Shown piece after piece: positions 39,613 through 51,559 of a DNA stretch of 64,000 nt (its first letter is position 1; each line of letters starts with the position of its first letter). Origin of the DNA: Eukaryota sp. GEM-RC1 (Eukaryota); contig JAUFOQ010000013.1 in NCBI GenBank assembly GCA_040285855.1, forward strand, positions 1 through 64,000. The letters run 5' to 3'. Below the pieces are notes generated by a model. The model did not search any database, was not told the origin of the DNA, and worked only from the letters and a program-made list of their open reading frames with translations. The translations under genes and the position numbers were made by a program.

Positions 39613-40799
39613 ATGACTTCTTATGTTCGAGGTTTCCTGGACTCCTTGTGTCTTATGATTCAGTGTTTGCTGATGAAGATGCACTTTTAATTGAACTCTT
39701 TGGGACATGGACATTTGCAGCGTATGGTGAAAGAAGTCAATAAAGAATATCCAGTAGTTATACCTGGATCAGGAACTAAAGCAGCTCTTGCAACTCATTT
39801 GTGGGAGTTTGTTAATCTAGGTTCTGATTCTGACTACTGGATCAAGACCAATCACTCTTGATGTGATTCAAAAACTTTTCTTGGTCATCTTCTCAAGACA
39901 ACTTAGTCCATTGTACACTGCTTTTGTTGATGGTCCCTGCTGGTTACTTTCTGGAGAAAGACTTCGACCTTATCCTCAGGTCAAGATCAATGGTGAATTT
40001 TGGTACCAAAGAACGCTTGGTCCCTTGTTAATTCTTGTGAGTTGAATGAAATCCCATTCAACTTACAGGCCAGTCATCTTTGTGGTCAAGAATGGTGTGT
40101 TATTTCTAACCACCTTAGCTTTGAAGATGGAGAGTACAACTTATATCATCTTTTTGTCACCAGACTTACTTACACTAAACAATGTGTCAACAATGTAAGT
40201 AAAAAGTTTCATTTTCTCGTTTGACAACCTGTTCTCGTTCAAGAACACGGGAATCACAAATTCACCACCCTTCAAACAAATAAGAAGTTGCGATGAAGGT
40301 GGTGAATTTGATGATAGTGATATACCCACCCAGGTGCCAGAAGAAGTCAGTGACCAGGACACCCAAATTCCTGAGGAGGCCAGCCTCATTGAAGAAGCAC
40401 CACCACTAATTGCTGCTAGTGGTGTCGAGATTTCGCAAGAGATCCCGCTAGAAGCTAGAAATGATGATGTCACCTCATCTCCAACTCCTCCCTCTGCCAA
40501 TGTGTCATCTCCACCTGTTGAGGCAAATGAAAACAAAGTGCCGAAGTATCTTGAAATCCTACAGCGCACCATAAAGAACCATGAGGTCAGTGGTTTTACT
40601 AACCACTCGCCTTTGCCACAAGAATGAAAAGAGGCCATTTGCCTTTATCGAGAAGATCGGTAAAGGCAAATTTCATATCACTCACTCGCCTGTGTTTGAT
40701 ATGAACGAGTTTCTCGATGCTGACTGGGCCATCAATGAACCCAGCAGGAAGCCAAAAGATGTCAAGCATTACACCTATACTAGTTTAGAGGATTTCTGA
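39613..40799 (+). pseudogene. Frameshifted gene: SAP-like helix + His-Cys box (His-Me finger) endonuclease + acidic/Pro-rich C-terminus
   Basis: Across frames: LQRMVKEVNKEYPVVIPGSGTKAALATHL (SAP-like, ~39715-39803); GPCWLLSGERLRPYPQVKING; ASHLCGQEWCVISNHLSFEDGEYN (40069-40140), which fits the I-PpoI pattern SHLC-x4-C-x4-HL-x2-E-x4-N. AATAAA follows the last stop at ~40815. Confidence 0.7.
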
Positions 40800-41100
40800 G
40801 CCTAGTTTCATTTTAATAAATTCTAAATTTTCCATATTTGATCTTCAATACATCTTTTCCAATTTTTGATCTTCAATATATATTACTAGACTGGAATCCT
40901 ATCAAATCAGTAAAAACTGATGAATAAAAGGAGATAATCAGTTGAATTTTAATCCTTCAACAGCTTTTAAAATCGGAAGGTGATTAATTGAAAAAGTTAC
41001 ACTAAAGTCACACAAAAATATAAGTACATACAAATTAATAATAAATCAGTGCTAGAAATGTGACTTTAAATAAAAAATAATATAGGTGTCTATAATCAAG

Positions 41101-41157
41101 AAGAAATTCTGAGTAGCTAAAATTACTTTTTCTACTGAATAGAATCACTAAATGACA
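41101..41157 (+). repeat. 57-bp dispersed repeat, copy 1
   Basis: aagaaattctgagtagctaaaattactttttctactgaatagaatcactaaatgaca; 55/57 identical to 55661-55717. Confidence 0.85.
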
Positions 41158-42395
41158 GACTTTGAAAAAATTAGAAATAAAAACCAAATAGAGAATTAAT
41201 TTTTGTGTCGAAATTACATATTTCATGTAAAAAAGGTCAAAGTCAATTTCCAGTTCTTGTCAAAGTTAAGTAGAGACTACATAGAACAAAAAAAGTTACC
41301 AAATACATATGAATCAAATTGCTAACCCAATGACTATTTCCAGAGAACATTCGTCTCCTAAGACTAGTCATGCAGAAACAATCAATTATGAACTTCTTAA
41401 TCAATCATGTGATTTGGTGATTACTAGAAGAGATCATGGTGAGTAGAACAGTGAGAAATACCTTAATATACTTTTTTAAGGGGAGGAAGACGAGACTTGC
41501 AGATAGAAGATGAGGAAGAATAAGAGGAGAAGAATGACGAGCAACAAACGAGCAAGGATCAAAAGCTGGAGACTGACTCGTGATTCCCAGTCATTTGATT
41601 GTTAGAAGAGATCACGGAAGGTGGGAAAGATGAGAGAAGTATCCAGGGAAGGGGAAGACTTACTGAGATATATTGATAACAGAAGAGTTGGGATAGTTAG
41701 CACTAGCAACCAAGAGCAAGGAACAGATGGGAGATTGTTGGAGGTTGAACACGAAGCAAGAGAGAAGATGAAGAAGTTTCGATGGAAGAAGCAGGGACCA
41801 AGCACAGCCCCCTACAATCCCCTTTAGTTATGGTAGTATATCTTAGGTATTTGACTCCTGTCTTCACCTTTCGAGTTCAAGATGTATTGGCAATGTTGCA
41901 TTCTAAGCGTTGAAGCGAAGCAAGAGGTTCTCCGGGAGGGCAACGGGAAGGGCGTCGTTTTCTCTCTTCTTTCCCAAGAAGAAATTGGAGGGAGGAGAAT
42001 GCCATTTTGCATCTGAGATAATGTCTTCTTTTGTTTTCTCACTTTGCAATGACAGAACTGACTAAAATCTTGACAACTTCTTAACATTTCTCACCTCAAT
42101 TCGTCATCAAACGACTCAATTGTGTTAGACCTGCACCACATCGTTCTCTGAGATAAGCTCTTGGTCATTTTGTTTGTGTCTTTTTTCTATAGATAATAGG
42201 ACCATATGTTGATGTGTATCGTGAATATACTGGTATTATCATCATTATACTTGAAGATGACTATTTGCTTGTCTCATTGAATGAATACTGTGTTTATTTG
42301 TATAAAGCTACTAACCTAATACATCAGTCAATTTCACTAGATCGGAATTTCAACACAACTTCATTTTCTGTTTTTCACAATACTCCATTACTAGT

Positions 42396-43277
42396 ATGTC
42401 CATTGTTTCAACTGATATAAACAGCTTACCTTGTTTATCAACTGCACAAAGCTTGGATACTTTTCCTGATGCAAGCTTCTGCCCTATTAATGTCATTTTA
42501 TCGCTTTCAAAGAGACAAGGAACGACGTTGAAAGTCAAAATAGTTAACTTATTCTTCCTTTCTGTTCCTACAACCTCTGAATTATCTTCGTTGCTTCAGA
42601 ACTTTATACTGATTGCTGCTGCCGCCGAAAACGCTCTTGTTCATCCGGAGTCTATCTTTGAGGTGAACTATCCCAATTCTCAACGAAAGTGGTGTACTCC
42701 AGATGAATTCCCGGAAGACTATGTGTTCTCTTGTCATGAAAAATGGGCTAAGAATCCTGGAAAGAAAGCCTACGCCGTAATGGGGAGAGTCCAGGCTTCC
42801 AACATCACTGCGTTGGATCTAGCGGCTCTTCTAAAGAAGGAAACATCGGACCAAGCAAGAAGTATTACCGTAGACGATTTAATGGCTCAGAATCCTGAGT
42901 GGTATGCTCTTGAAGTCAAATCTTGGAAAAAGTGGGCCAAAATGTACGCAGAAGATCCTGCAGTAAGTGCCATTGGTCCTCCTGCTAGTCTCATCAATCT
43001 TTTTAGAGCTTCTGATGGCTCCATGGATGAAGAACTTATTTATGAAGAAGCTGACCTTATAGCACAACAAATAGGTCAAGATCTTTTTCAGCTAAAGGAG
43101 AATTTGATAGCAATCATTGACTCCAAAATAATGGAACTCAATCATGTTATGTCTGCTCGTATGAAAGTAGCAAGAAAGAGAGTAGCCAGTAAAGCTCTTG
43201 TTCTGAATAACGCTGCAAAGCAAATGAGAAACATAGAAAACGCAGCCGATATTGAGCATGGAGCTGACCCACTTTAA
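42396..43277 (+). CDS. Hypothetical 293-aa protein, probable accessory ORF of the adjacent IS630/Tc1 element
   Basis: Intact ORF in otherwise decayed DNA; convergent with the transposase 126 bp away; AATAAA overlaps the stop; C-terminus looks coiled-coil. True start uncertain. Confidence 0.65.
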   Translation: MSIVSTDINSLPCLSTAQSLDTFPDASFCPINVILSLSKRQGTTLKVKIVNLFFLSVPTTSELSSLLQNFILIAAAAENALVHPESIFEVNYPNSQRKWCTPDEFPEDYVFSCHEKWAKNPGKKAYAVMGRVQASNITALDLAALLKKETSDQARSITVDDLMAQNPEWYALEVKSWKKWAKMYAEDPAVSAIGPPASLINLFRASDGSMDEELIYEEADLIAQQIGQDLFQLKENLIAIIDSKIMELNHVMSARMKVARKRVASKALVLNNAAKQMRNIENAADIEHGADPL

Positions 43278-43403
43278 TAAACAACTTTTAAATAACTGCG
43301 ATTGAGCTTACGGCAACACTTTATTATTAAAACAATATTCTTTGAGCACTGGTTCTTCGTCGTGCTAAAAATAAACGCACTTGTTGCTCATCGTCACCAA
43401 GAT

Positions 43404-44457
43404 TCACCAGCAACTCTTCTTTTCCAAGTATGGAGATTTATAATATTCGTGGTCAACCCAGCCACTGTGATTCAATAAAGGGCGACAATCAACTCTTAAA
43501 TGAAGATCAAGGACACGATGAATAAAGTCGATTTCGCTAAAATTGAGTCGAGAATAATCTCTATAAAGTTCACGCATTTTACATCTTAGAGAACGGAAGA
43601 AGTTCTCAATACAGTTCGATTCGGGGCAATAAGGAGGAAGAATAAAGTACTGGATGCCCATTTTACGAAGACCTTCAGAAATATTTTGATGTCTATGGAT
43701 GGAACATCCATCAAGAATGATTTTTGATCGTGATCCTCCTGACGTTCCAATTTTTCCTAATCGAATAAGGTCGATTAGGAACTCCACAAATTGTTGACGG
43801 TCAAAGTGGCCATACTGAATATGGGAATGGACGTAGCCATTCATATCCATAGCCACAACGGCACTGATTTGTGAACGGGCCAATCTCTGAGTTTTTGTAT
43901 TAGGTGACATCCCTTTGAGTGCTCGTCCACATGTTCTAATAAAATCTTCAGCATGAAAGGAGATCTCATAACTGGTACTGTCGAATAGTACCTATTTCCC
44001 TACTCAGACGGTATTCAAATGATGCGATGAGGTCAATTTTCGCACGTTTGACCAACAATCTGCAACGTTTGTGGGTATACCCAGCAGTGACCAAAGCTCT
44101 GTGAATCGTTGATACCGACACATCCTTGTTTCTTTCATTTTTCATTAGAGTAACTATCTCTTTAAGATAGAGTAAAGGGTCTGTTTCAACTGTCGTTATT
44201 AAAAACTCAACATCACTGTCGTCAAGTTTTCGTCTTGGCTCGTGAGGTTCTTCAAAGAGATGAGCAGAAAAAACACGGTCAATCCATTTGGAAATTGTAC
44301 TTTGACGAACACAGTACATCTTCGCGATCGTCTCCTGGGACACTTCTAAGTAGAAGTAGGTCCAAACAGCCCTACAAATCGTATCTTCGGACGCATTTAC
44401 ACAAAGAGTTCGGAAATCCAAATCGGGACTAAGGAGCATGTTGTAAGTGAAGCCCAT
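43404..44457 (-). mobile_element. IS630/Tc1-superfamily DD34E transposase, frameshifted
   Basis: N-terminal HTHs (SQETIAKMYCVRQSTISKWI; DPLLYLKEI...VSVSTIHRAL); catalytic IILDGCSIH...LPPYCPESNCIE with 34 residues between D and E. A frameshift near 43966 (QYQL/EISF) removes the expected first Asp. Confidence 0.88.
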
Positions 44458-45021
44458 GAAGATATAAGCAGTGTGAAGATGTCAAAAATGGGGAGAGAAG
44501 AAATGTTGTAAAAGAGAAAATGTTGGAAAATGGATTTAGAATGAGTATTCCGCCATTCTGAAATTCACTGATGTTCTTTAGTTTGTATTGCTGATTTTGT
44601 TGAGTACAATCACATTCAATGTAGCATGGATGTTATTGACTCTACAACCGTGTTCAAGACTGTCGATCAGGTGACGTTGAAGACACTTGCTAAGTGATTT
44701 GATTTATACAGATGAATATGAGAGTTTAGGGGGTGATAGACGTTGATGTTGTGTTGGTTTCTGAAAGACATTCCTTGAACAAGAAACAAATGATTTAGAT
44801 GATTTCAGAAGAGGAAGTTGTTGAGTCCCTAACAACTGAGATCATTGTCGAACACCAACAATAGATGCAAGCAGTTCACGAACAGTAGTAGTGTAGTGTA
44901 TCTACACTACTACTATTTGTAAGTTGTCATGGTTCTTGAAGAGAATCCAGAAAGGAAAGTCCAGGATTCAAAGGACGATATGAAGACAGATGCAGATGAA
45001 ATGGAAGTGAAGACCTAAAAC

Positions 45022-45635
45022 CAGTGTTGCGCCATAACCGAAAATACGTTTTTCATACGCGTATGAGCGCATGGACGTATGGTAGAATGGCAGAATGGCT
45101 GACAATGGCCATCGAGCCATATCTAGCAGAATCTTTCCAACTTCATAATGTTTAAATACCATCTCCTACACTGCAATTTGTCATCAAATTAGTAGAACAA
45201 GTATGCTCTGTAGAATCGAGTGAAAGAGTTTGGAGTACATACTCATTCATATACAACAACCGACGAAATAGACTTTTTGTAGTTTTTCCCTTTATAGAAA
45301 TAGTGAGGCAGAACAAAAACAGACTGATAATGGAACGGGCTAAAAAACTGGTTTCTACATCAATGGAACTCAGATCAAAAACATCCAGCAATGGAAGCAG
45401 AGATGGTATCCTGATGGTGATAATTTTTGCATTGAGATGGATGATGTGGAGGTTTGGTTTTCAATAAAGTATATTTATCTACATAATTATAAACACGTCA
45501 TAGAGTCTCTGTGTCGAAGAGGTTCAAATAAAGATACATGTAGTCAAAATGGCAAAAACAGAAAATGCCATACGCGTATGGGTGTATGGACGTATGGGAG
45601 TCCATACGTGTATGGCAAACAATGGCGCAACACTG
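45022..45635. mobile_element. Non-autonomous hAT-type element (MITE), 614 bp
   Basis: Perfect 14-bp TIRs cagtgttgcgccat (45022-45035) and atggcgcaacactg (45622-45635); 8-bp TSD cctaaaac (45014-45021, 45636-45643); subterminal catacgcgtatg/gtatgg repeats. Confidence 0.9.
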
Positions 45636-47441
45636 CCTAAAACAAGAGTCATCTTTATAGTAACAAACAGATTGGTAAGATACTAAACTAATGACATTTT
45701 TACAGTTCATCAATTGATAGTTTTAACAAAACCATTGATGCTAGAAAAAACAGAATTATGTTTTGGAAAGATTCAGTTGACTCGTCGAAAGGTTTATGTT
45801 TAATTAAACCTTTTGGTTCACCAATTATTGAACAACAGAAGCATTTCTTTCAGTTAGTTGCTGATATTCAACTGCGCAATGAGACTAAAAATCAGTATGT
45901 GGACCAGGTATTTAACCACACTACAAGACAAATGAAACTCGTTGAAAGGGTTCAAAGAGTTAGAGTGGGAAATCTCTTAGAATAATCACAATCAGCAACT
46001 GTGACATGGTCATTAACTAGATGGAAAGTGGATGGATTGAAGTGACCAGGAAGAAGACGGTTTAGATAAAGGCACTTCTAAACGCGGTGTATTGTTGGAG
46101 TGGGTTTACGATGGTGTTTGTTGACAGAATTTTTTGGAAGGGGGAGGGGAAATGCTTTCTTTCCCAAAACAAAATCAAATTTGTCAAAGATAGTGGTGGA
46201 AATAACAAGTAGAATAGGGAGGTTCAGAAGAAAGAGAGAGATTAAACAGGGAGAAGTTGGAGATGTTTCTTCCCTGGCAGAGTAGACGTGGTGACGACAA
46301 CGGCAGAGAGAATACACCATTTAGAAGCGTATACCTCATCAAATCCACCTTCTACAATCGGGTCTTGGAGAAAGATATGATCGAAGCGAACTTTGATTTC
46401 CTGGGAATACGCACGAAATGCTCCGACCAACTCACACAGGGAAGAATGTCATCTCAACTCCTCAGGAAACTGGAGACGTCAAAGGATACAATGCTTTCAA
46501 CACGTTAAATACGGAGAATAGATTGTACGTTAAATGTAAGAGAAAGGGAAGAGGGCTATATCAAGGGAACTGTGAGATGTTTGATATTGAGAGAACGTGT
46601 ATGTCCATTTTGCTTGACGGCGACATTTTTGTTTTTGGTATGTCCTAAGTAGAACTGTGCAGACCGGTCAACATCAAGGTACTGACTAAAGGAGACATGT
46701 CAAAATTTGACTCATTCGCAACCACATACTGTATCGTCTTCTTGACTCTTTCCTCAAGGAATCATTGTCCATGTTAACCCATTCTGCAAGATGATTTAGC
46801 CATACTAAAACTACGTAACCTCTAACTCTTTCATTTCTTCTTTTCACAACAGTCTGTGTTCTTGAATGTGTGAAGTTGATCTACACTGGTATTAAAACGC
46901 TGTTTGACACCGACACTTCACTTCACAATTTACGTTTTTGAAGCGGACACAATTTGGTCTCAACGGGGATATTTTCTGCCTTGACTGGACTACTTCTCTA
47001 GTAGAGACGTTGTGCTGGAGGAAGATTCTGTTTTTGTGGTGATGCTCCTTCAGGTATCTCAGATGTACTTGCTGTCTTGTGTTCTTCATAGCTATCTCTG
47101 TCTTTTGTATACTGTATCATCTTGAATGACGGCAATCTGTCACTGTCTTGTCTTTGAACCCCTTGCTCTCCCGTTTTACTGAGAGTGGGAACTCACCAGT
47201 ATCGTCAGTAGATTAGCCCGCATTTTAGCTCACATAACAATAAAGACCCATAGATATCTGTTCCGCACCGTTTCAACCTATTATTAGTTCAGACACACTT
47301 TTACAGAGACAGTAGAAGGAAGAGATAGGTCTGAAGACATTTTGTTGGGAAAAGTCTGTCGGAAAGTGTATCTGGGGTTTGCAAAAACAAAACATGAACT
47401 ACTACATGTAGTAGAAGAATATGACAAAACATTATTAGGAT

Positions 47442-48320
47442 TTGGCTATCTTTGTACCACAAAATTGGCCATCTTTGTACCCAATTTTTGATTTGGCTAT
47501 CTCTGTACTTTTCAATGAAAAGTTGTCATGTACAACATTAATAATATCCCTTTACATCTTAAAGAAAGCTCTAACTTTGATGAGCTTTTGACTCAATGGA
47601 AAGCTTATTCAGCTGAAATGGGGTTTAGCTTTCACCTTTATGCACGTTTTTGGTATCTCCTGTTATTTAAGGTGTAGTTGTAGTAAAGAGTACACCACGA
47701 GCATTACTGAACGTGAACCAAAGCGACTTAAACTGACTTACTGGTTGTTTACCAACAGAACGTTCCATTCACCAGACGCTTTCACAATGTGATCTTGCTG
47801 GATTCAACTTACAAGACCAATACTCATGATATGCCACTGCTTGTTATTATTGGATTTGATTGTTTTTTTAAAACTGTGACAGCTGGAGTGATTTTTATGT
47901 CAACAGAAGATATAGAACACTTTACGTGGGCTTTAGACGAATTCAAAAATAATTATTGAAGTAAGTCCAGACTATTCTTCAAAGGTTAGTATTACTACCA
48001 AATATGCTCTACGTCATACCGTTGACTTGTTGCAACAGATAAAGATAGAAGATGATGACAATTATTGTACAGGTGAAACAAGGACAGTGAGAGAACTACC
48101 ATGTACCCATGAATTACAGCTATTGCGAACACTTGTTCTTCCTCCTGAAATGTATCACCGTCAATGGTGGTTACAAGAAATTATGGAAGAAGTGGTTCAA
48201 GATGGGCCAGAAGAGAACGTGTTTGAGATTTTGAAGTCAGTAGATGGTTCTGCAACTCCAGCGGAGCAGATTAGAATGGCAGAAAGCTGGAGTACGGTAC
48301 TCTCCCGAAACGATCCATAA
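47442..48320 (+). mobile_element. Mutator/MULE transposase remnant with upstream short repeats
   Basis: HNVILLDSTYKTNTHDMPLLVIIGFD...STEDIEHFTWAL (~47783-47940); N-terminal QWKAYSAEMGFSF; SWIM-like CTG...LPCTH; three ttggcYatctYtgtac repeats at 47442-47508. Confidence 0.8.
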
Positions 48321-48501
48321 TAGCCTCCTTATAAAATCATAACATCGTCTCTTAAGGGTTTTATCTGGAACAATTTATCTATAAAGGTGGATTGACGAAT
48401 ACTACTTGTATAATGTACTGAACTCTTATTGATTCTGAGTTTTAAGCCGCCACCACAACAAATACATTGGTCTTTCTACTACTCTTGCAACTATACATTT
48501 A

Positions 48502-50302
48502 TTGTCCGACCTCACAGTATACAGTTCAATATCATATAAAAATTTTATTTTAAATAAATACCCAGACCTTAAGATAGTTGGCTATATGGATGATATTTCT
48601 ATTATTGGTCCCCTTGACTTGTTAAGAAAGGTAGCTGTGGAAGTGGCTGATATTTATGAAACATTGGGTTTATCTCTGAACCCAGACAAATGTTTATTAA
48701 TTGGTAGATCTACAGAAGAATTATTCATTAATGGAGTTCAGATTCCATTTATCAATTATGTTGAAGACGCTTTTCGTTTTCTAGGATGTTGGCTTGGGAA
48801 TGTTCCTAAAATTTCTCAAGAATTATCTAATTGTTTGGACAAAATTGGTTCAGAGCTCAACACAATTTCTTCATATGATATTGAAAAACATATTAAGTTT
48901 TTTATTTTGAAAATTTGCTACTCCGGAAAAATCACACATCTTTTGAGATCTACTGCTCCTTCAATCGCTCTGAACTTTTGCAGATCTTTTAACGAGTTGA
49001 GGATTAATTTTTTTGCTTCATTGTTAGAAGTTGATTCAACCTTACTTAGAAGTCATTTGTTTACTTCTGCTCATTTTGGTGGTATTGGTTTTACCAAATC
49101 ATCAATTCTTTGCAAATCTGCTTTTTTAGGCGGTGGAAAAAATTTCATCTTTGAATTTGTTAATCGATTTCCTAATGATATTTCACTTATTAACCCCAAT
49201 TCATGTAAATATTTATTTGACTTAAACGAAGCGTTAATCAAATTACCTTTTGACGTTTGGTCTCAGTGTTTCCCAGAATCTGTGTCTGAAATACCTGAAA
49301 GATGTTTAACTAATCTTCAGTTCTGTCTGAAAAAATTACAACAGAAACTTACAAATATTTTTGAAAGCTTGGATTATAATGTTCGACTTGGCATGACCAA
49401 GGAAAAAAATCCCGCTTTTGCAAATTTCTTAACGGATGTTTCTAATAGCTCTGCTTCATGTCTGATTACTCAAATCCCTCAAGTTTACGGTCTTCTTCTT
49501 GATGATAACTCTTGGTCATTAAACATGCGTTTACGGTCATATATTTGGCATGATAACCTTCCACATAATTTGAAATGCCAATGTGGGCAATCTGTAGCAC
49601 CTACACATTTACTGAATTGTAACCGTTTTATTTCTTTTAGAAGTAGGGTTCATGATTCAGTAAGGGATCAATTATATTGTATGTGTAAATGTTATGGAAT
49701 AGTTTCCTTTTTAGAACCAGTTCTGGCTGGTTTGTTTGATGATACAGATGTTGACAAATCGTTTGGAAATAGCCGTGGTGATGTCATATTTCCTGGTATT
49801 GCTGAATCATTCATTATTGCTGATGTTATGTCTATCGAAGTTTTTCATGATTCCAACAAAAACTTGCTAAATCTAACACTAAAAACCCCCTGTTGATTGG
49901 TGAAAAATTTAAAATGGAAAAATATTGTGCTAAATTGAAATTATTGAATTCGGCTTCACACTCCAATTACTTGTTGTACCCTTTTTTATTTTCACTATAC
50001 TGTTCTTTAGGTTAATCAGCAACATCATTACTTGAAATCTTTGTGAAAATTGTAAAAGAAAAAACATCTAGGACTTTTGATCTTAGATTTTGGAAAAATC
50101 GAATCGTGTTTGCTATCTTTAAAGGTATGGTAACTTCTATCTAGCGCTTTATTATCTCTTGGCAGACATTATGAAGATAAGGTAGGTGAAAATTTCCAGT
50201 TAGGCAATCTGGACTTTGAGGATATTGATTATTAGATTTATGTACATTGTAGTGTTATTGTCTATTACATTTAGAATAAATAATTCGATTGTTAAAAAAA
50301 AA
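48502..50302 (+). mobile_element. 5'-truncated RLE-type (CRE-like) non-LTR retrotransposon
   Basis: 464-aa ORF with RT motif GYMDD, FLGCWLG, GGIG, zinc knuckle CQC..HLLNC, RVHD and RGD...ADV of the restriction-like endonuclease. Frameshifted tail to ~50235, AATAAA at ~50275, A9 at 50294-50302. Confidence 0.88.
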
Positions 50303-50499
50303 TATACAACAGAGTCTCTGTTCAATCAATAATAAAATAAGAAATATATGCTATCGCAAAAACAATAACTACAAGACACTGACTAAAGTATTTGAACTAT
50401 GATTCTTCGGTACTTCACCAAACAACTTACGAATAAAGTTGAAAAATGCAATACATTATTATTTTATGAAGATAAATCATTGAAGGATCTTCATCCATT

Positions 50500-51420
50500 G
50501 TCCGAACCTAAGTTGTTTCGTCCTGCTATATCCCATTCTTTTCATGAAAATTTTACACTGAAATCTACACGAAAAGCTTTTTCTTGATTATTCTAAAGGT
50601 GGTGCAGGTTGCCGTCTCACAGAAAATTCAGTCCACATGTTAAGATCCCGATGCTCAACTGGATCGTATTCTCATTGTATTTCTGTTGAAGTTTCCAGTG
50701 CGTTTAATTGTATTCCAAGAAATGGTATTTTGGATACGCATGTTCGTTTTCCACACTTTCATTTTGTGATTGACTTTGTTATTTGAACCTATAGTTGTAG
50801 TTCATTTTTGTTTTTACCTTCTGGAAATCCTATTTTTTTCCACATGAGTTGTTAAACCAAGGGGAACCAATTTCTCCTTTCTTATATTAACTGGGTTAGG
50901 AACATTGCAAGTCATTAGACTCGGAGATTTTTTCGTATCTCAATGATAAATATATTCTCCGTAAAACATCTATTGTTCCTAATCAGCTTGTTGCTTCAAT
51001 AGCGTCAAAGTTTCAATTTGTAGGTCTCTCATTGAATCGAGAGACAATTTAGAGAGAGAATTTATCCTAGTTCATGCTCGTGATTCTCACTTTAATGTTG
51101 TAGGGTCTTATAATGGTTGTAATGACAGTCAACGTTGTTTTTTTGCAAAATTTTATTGATTATGAAGTTAGACCTTTACTTAATAATCTCTACCAGTTAC
51201 CGATTCAAACGCAGCTTTTTCAAAAATGCCTTCAATTGTGTTAACAGATCGTCAATTCTGTCAGCCTTAGTAGACAATCCAGATAATCATACCTCAATCA
51301 ATCTTCATAAGTGGTTTTATGAAGATCCTTCTCATTTATTTTTTACAATCTTCATCAGTTGTATTTTCTTCCGCTGGTGTTAGAGAGGATCCTATTTCAT
51401 TTTTGTTGTCCGCAATTGCT
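50500..51420 (+). pseudogene. Highly decayed non-LTR RT fragments (two pieces)
   Basis: YSKGGAG, CISVEVSSAFNCIPR, QGEPIS; second piece FKNAFNCVNRSSIL. Confidence 0.55.
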
Positions 51421-51559
51421 ACAAACTAAATTTTGAAATATGTGTAAGACCAAAATCTACCAGTATATGCTTACTCAGATCACACTTTTTGTTTTCGAGA
51501 GAGAAATTGTCAAAAATACAACTTCATGTGTTATATTTCAAATGCGAGGTAGTTCGAAA

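Noticed and set aside
41480..42120. Short ORFs in a purine-rich stretch; likewise 45750-47200 and 57400-58450
   Set aside because: No recognisable motifs; probably decayed repeats but cannot be assigned without a search.
42396..43277. Fanzor/TnpB next to the IS630 transposase
   Set aside because: No RuvC I/II/III motifs and no CxxC...CxxC finger visible.
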